DNA of 64,000 nt from Octopus vulgaris. Its lineage: Eukaryota. The first letter of the stretch is position 1; every line of letters starts with the position of its first letter. Positions 54,288 to 64,000 of the stretch are shown here, piece by piece. The stretch is taken from NCBI GenBank assembly GCA_951406725.2, contig OX597824.1, positions 56,854,001 through 56,918,000 on the forward strand, given 5' to 3'. The position numbers were made by a program, and so were the translations under genes. The notes under the pieces are model-generated. The model had not been told where the DNA came from, made no database searches, and was given only the letters and a program-made list of their open reading frames with translations.

Positions 54288-56493
54288 ATAATTTCCATTC
54301 TGACCTCAAATGCAGGCTGATTAACCCCTATAATAGCGAGATAGGTATCATTAACAAGCGTATTCTCAGAAGGGCTACAAGGTTGACTGAATGGAACTGC
54401 AGCGCAGCTGTAATAGACTGGTCCGCAGAATTGGAATAAATCGGCAGTATCGGAATAAATCAGCCTGCAAATTCACTCAGTTCGACATTGTTGACTTCTA
54501 CCCTTCCATATCTAAGCCGCTCCTCATGAAAGCCCTAGTTTTTGCTGGACAATTTACCAGCATTAGTGATTCGTGATCAGAATCATCATGAATACCAGAA
54601 AGTCAATTCTGGTCCATGACAATTCCTTCTGGGTGAAGAAAGAAGGCGATCCATTGTTTGATGTCTCTATGGGGAGCTTTGACATAGCTGAAATCACCAA
54701 CCTCATCGGGTTATACATTTTAGATATCCTCAAGAGACGTACCCATCCACATACGTCGGCCCTCTATAGGGACGTTGGCCTGGCTATCACAAGCCATATG
54801 AATGACCACGCCATAGACAGGTGCTGGAAGAACTTGATAAAAATATTCGAAGAGTTCGGCCTGTCCATAACAGTTACTACCAACCTGACTACGGTCGAAT
54901 TCTTGGACGTAACCTTACACCTGAAAACGGGTAAATACTACCCCTACAGGAAGCCTAATGAAGAAACTGTATATATCCACAAGGACTCAAGCCACCCCTT
55001 CACTGTAATTAGAAACCTTGTTTCAGTCATTAGCAAACGGGTATCTAAACTCTCAGCCAGCAGGGGGATCTTTAATAGGGCGGGCCCCCTACTACAACGA
55101 GCAGATTTTCTGAGAAGCTCACGTATGTAGACGAACCCCAAACCCTCTCGCCTAACCTCAAGAGAATTAGGAAAAAGAAAATAATCAGGTATAACTCTCC
55201 AATTTAACACAGACATTTCTATCAGCATAGCCAAGGGCATCCTGTCGTTAATAAAGAAATATTTCTGTAGAGGCTATAACTCGTCAACCTCCATAATGTG
55301 AAGGTAAGCTACTCCTGCTTAGATAACATCACATCTAACATTGCAAGCTTCAACAAACGTAAAATCACACTCACACAACCTCAAACCCCAACCTGCACTG
55401 CCGAAACCCTACCACCTGCCATCTAGGAGGATCGTGACTCTCAAGGGCTGTAGTATACAGGGTCACCTTTACACCATCCGATGGCATTGCTAGGTGCTAC
55501 ACAGGCATGTCAGCCAATGGCGTCAGGGGAAGATATTCCCAGCACTTGCATTACTTTAGATACAAGACAGAGAGAACTCCACTTCCCTGTCGCACTTTCT
55601 CTGAAGACATCGTGACCTACGAGACGAAACGCCCAGCATCAAGTGGACTATTATCAATAGGACGCCGTCACATTCGCCCGGCGCCCCTAATTGCCAGCTG
55701 TGCTTCTGCGAACAACAAAAAATATGAGGTATCGTATTGCTGTTACTAGAGGTATACCTTTCTGGTAAATTTCAAGCCACTGGCTGCCAACAACCCGGAT
55801 GTGCCTTCTTAGTACCAGCCACTCTTAGCACCGCCTGTACCAAGATAACCATCATGAACTACACCATAACCCCCATGAACTGCAGCTTAAATCACCAATC
55901 ACCAACACTTCTCCATACCCGTCTGCCTGCATACTCTCACCTCTTGTACATCACCCCTTGTGCATGACCGCACGTGTATATGTGCGTGAGTGCTCATATG
56001 CATCTGCTCACCGTATGCATGTGTACGGATGTGCGCGGTGCATGCGCACCCATATACATGGGCACCTGTGCGTGTGCATGTGTGTACGGGTGCACATTTG
56101 TGTACATATATACATATATAGCCCCAAATCTGCTGTCCCTTTATAGTTACCGCCAGCCACACTACCGATTTCTTGTCCACCACGCGGTCGATATCCTGTT
56201 AATCACGCAGTCCATTTCCTGTTCACCATACGGTATTTTCCAACTAATTGTCACTGAAATACCAACATCAAACTGCTGTACTGTGTGACTATTCTTGAGC
56301 AATCGCAGGCTAAAGTCCTGCTGTAAACATTGAGTCGCTTCAATCGAACTCTCATTCAGAACCCCAATGGCCGAAGATTAGCCACATGCTAGAAACTCAA
56401 AGTTTCAAGGAGTCTGAATCAAACTGTTTTGATCTATACATGTAACTCCCAATAAGTGTGTTGAGTGCCCTTCTTTCGTTTGTCTACTCACTC

Positions 56494-56495
<2 letters not shown>
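54288..56495 (+). mobile_element. Naiad-type Penelope-like element, 5'-truncated and decayed (RT, Cys linker, GIY-YIG, 3' repeat)
   Basis: CRLINPYNSEIGII, FDIVDFYPSIS, FDVSMGSFDIAEI..IGLYIL, LYRDVGL, FLDVTL..YYPYRKPN..YIH..SSHP, SYSC, CR....CHLGGS*L...VVY, YTG, CQLCFCE; flanked by (TACA)n and (TA)n. Confidence 0.8.
56364..56410 (+). ncRNA. Degenerate hammerhead motif at the 3' end of the Naiad element
   Basis: CCGAAGA-t.tagc-cacat-gcta-GAAA-ctcaaag-TT; stem I weak. Confidence 0.5.
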
Positions 56496-56560
<65 letters not shown>

Positions 56561-56567
<7 letters not shown>

Positions 56568-57954
56568 AATATATAAATATATGAAAGAATGGAGCTGAAC
56601 GACGAATTAACAAAATTCCTTTATTTTCGACATATGTTTCGAAGGCTGCATATTCCTAATTGCGAAGGAATAAGGAGTACATTATGTCGCTTTCTCATCA
56701 GGAAAAGCAAGGAACTTATGTCAACATCAAAATGCACAAAAAACTTTTAGATGATTTCTCACACGGAGCCCATAGCGAAAATGAGTGTCTCTTTAAAATA
56801 TTCCTTTATAAGGAGTGATGTCAAAGTGGTTGAATGTAGAAGAATCTAGAAGGTTCTAAAGGTTCAAGGGTTCAAACGAAGTTGGAAGAGAGAGGCATAA
56901 GAATAGGAAGGTGAAAGGGTGCAGGTCATATGAATGGTGGAATTTGTTAATTTCTTTTGTGAATGAGTGCCTGTGTGTAACTGTATTAATGTGTGTGTGT
57001 ATGTGTATGCGTGAATGTGTATGTGGATGGGTAGATGTCAGAAAAACAGACAGTGGTGAGGTGAGAGGTTTGTGTCTGTGTGTTTGATTGTGCTTACTAT
57101 AGAAAGAGGGAAATAGAGAGAGAAAGAGAGAGAAAGAGGAGGGCGAGGTAGAGGGACTAAGGCATCACATTCCTCACTGGATTGGGTAGTAGTTCTTTGA
57201 AAGTATAAAAAAAAAATTTTTGACTATGGGGGTGACATATATAAAAAAAGAAGTTATATTTTTTTTATATATGTCACCCCCATAGTCAAAAAAATTTTTT
57301 TTATACTTTCAAAGAACTACTACCCAATCCAGTGAGGAATGTGTTGCCTTAGTCCCTCTACTTCGCCCTCCTCTTTCTCTCTCTCTCTCTCTATTTCCCT
57401 CTTTCTATAGTAAGCACAATCAAACACACAGACACAAACCTCTCACCTCACCACTGTCTGTTTTTCTGACATCTACCCATCCACATACACATTCACGCAT
57501 ACACACACACACACACACACATTAATGCAGTTATATACAGTCACACACACAGGCACTCATTCACAAAAGAAATTAACAAATTCCACCATTCATATGACCT
57601 GCACCCTTTCACCTTCCTATTCTTATGCCTCTCTCCTCCAACTTCGTTTGAACCCTTGAACCTTTAGAACCTTCTAGATTCTTCTACATTCAACCACTTT
57701 GACGTCACTCCTTATAAAGGAATATTTTAAAGAGACACTCATTTTCGCTATGGGCTCCGTGTGAGCAATCATCTAAAAGTTTTTTGTGCATTTTGGTGTT
57801 GACATAAGCTCCTTCCTGATGAGAAAGCGACATAATGTACTCCTTATTCCTTCGCAATTAGGAATATGCAGCCTTCGAAACATATGTCGAAAATAAAGGA
57901 ATTTTGTTAATTCGTCGTTCAGCTCCATTCTTTCATATATTTATATATTTTTAA
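56561..57954. repeat. ~690-bp-arm near-perfect palindrome (inverted PLE-like terminal repeats)
   Basis: 56561-57249 is the reverse complement of 57259-57954 with few differences; ~10-nt spacer. Confidence 0.9.
57813..57891 (+). ncRNA. Hammerhead ribozyme with long stem II; mirror copy on minus strand at 56626-56704
   Basis: ttc-CTGATGA-gaaag...tattcct-tcgcaatt-aggaata...ccttc-GAAA-catatg-TC-gaa. Confidence 0.7.
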
Positions 57955-58135
57955 AATAAACATACAAATTTCCACACGAAAGCACGTAATCTGTGCCCTA
58001 GGCACGTAACTTCAACCGTGTTTTTTCTGATGTGAATTTGCTCCCAGGTATCGGTTAATTCGAATTATCCTTAATAAGATAATTCATTCAACTACTCAAA
58101 TATATGTATATATATATATACCGTATATACATATA

Positions 58136-58205
<70 letters not shown>

Positions 58206-58213
<8 letters not shown>

Positions 58214-58674
58214 GCATCCTTTTTGTCTCGGGAGACAATGGAGTTGCGCATAAAATAATGTAGTCCGGCTTTTACATTTCATGTCCTAATACATCTCCTG
58301 CTGTGGCTGTGTAGTCCTATCCTGGACAAACACTCCCTCTGGCAGGTGCCGCAAATGTAGCGAAGACTTTGCCTGGCTGGTTGTAATGTCATAGTTTCTT
58401 GTTGACGTCTTTTCTTGTCTTTCCATTTCTCCAAACTCTCTGTATCACTCCTTTGTGTTCCCTCTTTTATGGTACGTCGCCAATCTCCACGGTTCCCAGT
58501 TGCTAATATTGATGTTGCAGGCCTTCATGTCCCTTTTGCAAACAACCTTGTAGCGTAAGAACGGTCTTCCTCAAACAAGCAGGAACACCAAGCATGTTTG
58601 CACTCCTCACACAAAGACGTATGAGATGACTTGGACATGTTAGCCGTATGGAAGGTGGCAGAATCCCCAAGGAC

Positions 58675-58677
<3 letters not shown>
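58206..58677 (-). mobile_element. RTE-clade LINE 3' end with 5' inversion
   Basis: Minus 58560->58206: [22 protein letters not shown]... plus RTE C-terminal finger and tail; plus 58560-58677: [28 protein letters not shown]. Confidence 0.75.
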
Positions 58678-58705
<28 letters not shown>

Positions 58706-58792
58706 TGTATGTATGTATGTATGTATGTATGTATGTATGTATATATATATACATACAAACACACGCATATATATATATACACACATATGTAT

Positions 58793-58825
<33 letters not shown>

Positions 58826-58835
58826 CACATACACA

Positions 58836-58895
<60 letters not shown>

Positions 58896-59334
58896 TATCC
58901 ACACCAGAACATACACACATTGAGACACACATATTGCATACAGGTTTATTCCATCTTTTGGTAAAAAATAATTAGGCTATTCTTATAAATTCCGATTTAA
59001 TCGCTGTAAAAAAAAGGGCGGCCGTATTGTTTAGTGTTAAATTACATAAGAGGGTTATGGCGTTACATTTGCATTTAGATTTCATTTTGGTAGGGGAAGA
59101 AAAGATATGAAAAATGCCAGTGAAAAGAAATTAAAAAAGTGAAAACATCGCCCACCACCCACCACCCACCGCCTCACCAATCCCCATCACCTTACCTTAC
59201 CATCACCACCCCACCCATTCACCGCCCTGAGAGTCCGCACTATTTCACTAATTTATTTATTTATATTTTGGCGATTTCATAAAAATGATGTATTACCCAG
59301 CTGCCTTCTGGAGATGATGTATTATGCAGCTTAC

Positions 59335-60415
<1,081 letters not shown>

Positions 60416-61289
60416 CTTTATACGGACTACAGTCTAATTAAATATATGAACAGAGCAATTTCTTGTTTCGTTGGAACAAGCGTGAAAAATCTGGTGCAAA
60501 CATTTTAAATTAAGTTATGATTGAAAACTCTTTTTAATTGATCACTTTTCCTGATGTAGTTGTTGTTGTTGGTCTGGTTCTTGTGTTTCTTTTATTTCTT
60601 TCACTTCTTTGCCTGTTACTATTTAATAATTTATTAACAAATTAGACTTTTAAGTAATAACGCCTGCTTACTTCTATATAATTAAATAAAAAATTAAAAA
60701 CAAACAAAAACTGAAGAAAATTAACATCATTTTTTAATATTTTGTTATTAATTTTGAAATCGTAATCCTTTCACTGTCTCTTTCGGCCTGTTGTTGTTGT
60801 TGGCCTTGCTGTTGTGGTTGCTGTTGTTGTTTTTGCTGTTGTTATTGCTATTATTATTGTTGTTGCTGTGTTGCGCAGTTTTAACAAATTTTCAAACATT
60901 GGAACAGAGCTGAGATACACTATTAAAAACACGGGAATGAATGGAAGAGAAAAGATTCCAATTTGTAACACACATATTATCACCACAATCACCACTACTA
61001 CTGCCGCCGCCGCCATCATACCCCCCACCACCACCAGCAGCGTCATCCTCACCAACATAATTATCATCGCGAAGACGACCGCCAACCATCGCACAGCCAT
61101 CACTTTCAACGTCATCTCCACCAACACCCTCACTCCAATACTTCTGTCAGGACCATCACGATCAATATCATCATTACTGACATGAGCATCATCCCAGCAC
61201 CAGCACCACCAGCACCACAACCACCACCACTCCTCCTGCATCTCTTATGTTAAATGTATTTGTCTCGTATATTTTGAAGAAATAAATGA

Positions 61290-61546
61290 ATGCACGTGGT
61301 TTAGTGGTTAGGATATTCGGCTCACCATCGTAAGGACTCTTTATTTCATGTCTCTTTATTTCATGTCTACTCAGCTGGCAAAACTGAGTTGTACCAGAAT
61401 TTTATAGGGTCGTGTCTGTGGAGTGCTCAGCCACTTGCACGTTAATTTCACGAACTGGCTGTTCCGTTGATCAGATCAACTGCAACACTCGTCGTCGTAA
61501 CTGACAGAGTGCCAGATTTTTAGTAGAAGCAATAATTTCATGAGAT

Positions 61547-61617
<71 letters not shown>

Positions 61618-61955
61618 ATAATAATAATAATAATAATAATAATCTATACTATAGGCACAAGGTTTGAAACATTGTAGGTAGGGAATAGGCGACTACATCG
61701 ACTCCGAAGCTACCCTGAAAAGATAAAAGCAAAGTCGCTGAATTTAAACTCAAAATGTAAAGACGGCCGAAATCTTTTCTACTCTAGGCACAAGGCCCGA
61801 AATTTTGGGGGAGCGGGCTAAACGATTAGATCGAAACCCGTACGCAACAGGTACTTAATTTATAGACCCCGAAAGGATGAAAGGCAAAGTCGAGCTCGGC
61901 GGAATTTGGCTAAGCATTTCGCCCGGCGTGCTAAAGTTGCTGCCAGCTCACGGCT
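61290..61955. mobile_element. SINE cluster: + copy 61290-61520, (CTA)n/(TAA)n tract, minus copies 61645-61955
   Basis: tRNA-like head gcacgtggtttagtggttaggatattcggctcac; reverse copies of the 90-300 family. Confidence 0.7.
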
Positions 61956-61979
61956 TTCCACCTCCTCCTGCTGCTGTTG

Positions 61980-61980
61980 A

Positions 61981-62020
<40 letters not shown>

Positions 62021-63750
62021 GCTGCTGCTGCTGTCACCACTGCTGCTTCCGCCGCTGCTGCTTCCGCCGCTGCTGCTTCCGCCGCTGCTGCTTCCGCCGC
62101 TGCTGCTTCCGCCGCTGCTGCTTCCGCCGCTGCTGCTTCCGCCGCTGCTGCTTCCGCCGCTGCTGCTTCCGCCGCTGCTGCTTCCGCCGCTGCCGTCGTC
62201 GACGCCGCCGCCTCCACTACTGCCAACGCCGCCACTAACGCCGCCGCGCTGCTGCTGCTGGCGCTGATGTCACTGTTGCCGCTTCCGTCGCTGCCGTTGC
62301 CGCTGCCGCTGCCGCTGCCGCTGCCGCCGCCGCTGCCCCGGCCGCCGCCGCTGCCGCTGCCGCCGCCGCTACCGCTGCCGCCGCCGCTGCCGCTGCCGCC
62401 GCTGCCACAGCCGCCGCTGCCGCTGCCGCCGCTGCCACAGCCGCCGCTACCGCTGCCGCCGCTACCGCTGCCGCCGCTGCCGCCGCTGCCGCCGCTGCCG
62501 CCGCTGCCGCCGCTGCCGCCGCTGCTGCCGCCGCTGCCGCCGCTGCCGCCGCTGCCGCCGCTGCCGACGCTGCCGCCGCTGCCGACGCTGCCGCCGCTGC
62601 CGCCGCTACCGCCGCCGCCGCTGCCGCCGCTGCCGCTGCTCCGCAGCTGCCGCTGACGCCGCCGCTGACGCCGCCGCTGACGCCGCCGCTGACGCCGCCG
62701 CTGACGCCGCCGCTGCCGCCAACGCCGCTGCCGCCAACGCCGCTGCCGCTAACGCCGCTGCCGCTAACGCCGCTGCCGCTAACGCCGCTGCCGCTAACGC
62801 CGCTGCCGCTGCCGCTGCCGCTAACGCCGCCGCTGACGCCACCGCTGCCGCTGACACCGCCGCTACCGCTGACGCCGCCGCTGCCGCTGACGCCACCGCT
62901 AACCGCTGACGCCGCCGCTGCTGTCGCCGACGCTCTGTTGTCGCTGCTGCTGTCTCTGCCGCTGCAATCACCGCCGTTGCTGCCGCTGCTTTCGCCGCTT
63001 CTTCCGCCGTTGGTCCCTCCCACTGCTGCCGCCGTTTCTACCACCGCTGCTGTCGCTTCTTCTGCCGCCGCCATTTCTGCCGCTGCTGCTGCGACCGTTG
63101 CTTCAGCTGCTGATGCCACCTCCTTTGTCCCCACCTCCGACGCTGCTGCTAATTTGCTGCTGCCACTGGTACCACCGCCGCTGCTACTGCCGCCGCTGCT
63201 GCTGCCACCGCTGCTGCTGCTGCCGCTGCTGCTTACGCCGCTGCTGCTGCCGCCGCTGCTGCTGCCGCCGCTGCTGCTGCCGCCGCTGCTGCGACCGTTG
63301 CTTCAGCTGCTGATGCCACCTCCTTTGTCCCCACCTCCGACGCTGCTGCTAATTTGCTGCTGCCACTGGTACCACCGCCGCTGCTACTGCCGCCGCTGCT
63401 GCTGCCGCCGCTGCTGCTGCTGCCGCTGCTGCTTACGCCGCTGCTGCTGCCGCCGCTGCTGCTGCCGCTGCTGCTGCTGCGCCGCTGCTGCTGCCGCCGC
63501 TGCTGCTGCCGCCGCTGCTGCTGCCGCCGCTGCTGCTGCCGCCGCTGCTGTCGCCGCCGCTGCTGCTGCCGCCGCTGCTGCTGCCGCCGCTGCTGCTGCA
63601 GCCGCTGCTGCTGCCGCCGCTGCTGCTGCCGCCGCTGCTGCTGCCGCCGCTGCTGCTACCGCCGCTGCTGCTGCCGCCGCTGCTGCTGCCGCCGCCGCTA
63701 CTGCTGCCGCCGCTGCTGCTGCCGCCGCTGCTGCTACCGCCGCTGCTGCT
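61980..63750. repeat. GC-rich (CTG/CCG)-based compound tandem repeat, ~1.8 kb
   Basis: 15-mer gctgctgcttccgcc, 9-mer gccgccgct, 12-mer gccgccgctgac, 15-mer gccgctgctgctgcc blocks; ~200-bp internal duplication. Confidence 0.9.
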
Positions 63751-64000
63751 GATATTAGTGTTGGTGATAGGGATGATGATGTTGGTGGTGGTGGTGGTGG
63801 TTGCGGTAGTGATGATGATGATGATGAGGATGATGATGAGGAGGAGGAGGTGGAGGAGGAGAGGAGATGGTACATAGAGATAGAATCACGATTCCTTTCG
63901 TATAAATTATATTCCCAAGTAACTTGATACCCCAACTTCATTTCCTTTCTCCCCTCTGTCAACTCACTGATTTCTTGGAGTCCCTATTTCTTCCTTGCTT

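Noticed and set aside
61877-63962. Long Ala/Pro/Gly-rich ORFs resembling structural proteins
   Set aside because: The first starts inside a SINE and the rest follow from CTG/CCG repeats open in most frames

Overview
Eukaryotic, AT-rich, microsatellite-saturated intergenic or intronic DNA; the repeat content suggests a cephalopod, probably octopus (inference). No host protein-coding gene can be firmly supported, and almost all long ORFs in the track are translations of simple repeats. The window holds many transposons: R4/Dong-type RLE LINEs in (TAA)n arrays (including a ~2.6-kb perfect TTA array), a Chapaev3-like DNA transposon, Tc1/mariner elements, Tx1/L1, RTE and Gypsy fragments, and tRNA-derived SINEs. 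It also holds two Penelope-like elements (PLEs): a Neptune-type one with an uninterrupted RT + GIY-YIG ORF, and a decayed Naiad-type one with an in-frame TGA at a conserved Cys. The most striking signal is about 13 type I hammerhead ribozyme motifs found by eye. Several have variant cores (CCGANGA; compensated U3:A8 TTGAAAA). Most lie in short non-coding, often fold-back, PLE-terminal-repeat-like elements inserted in (TA)n tracts. A ~550-bp non-coding element also recurs almost exclusively between (TAA)n arrays next to Dong LINEs.
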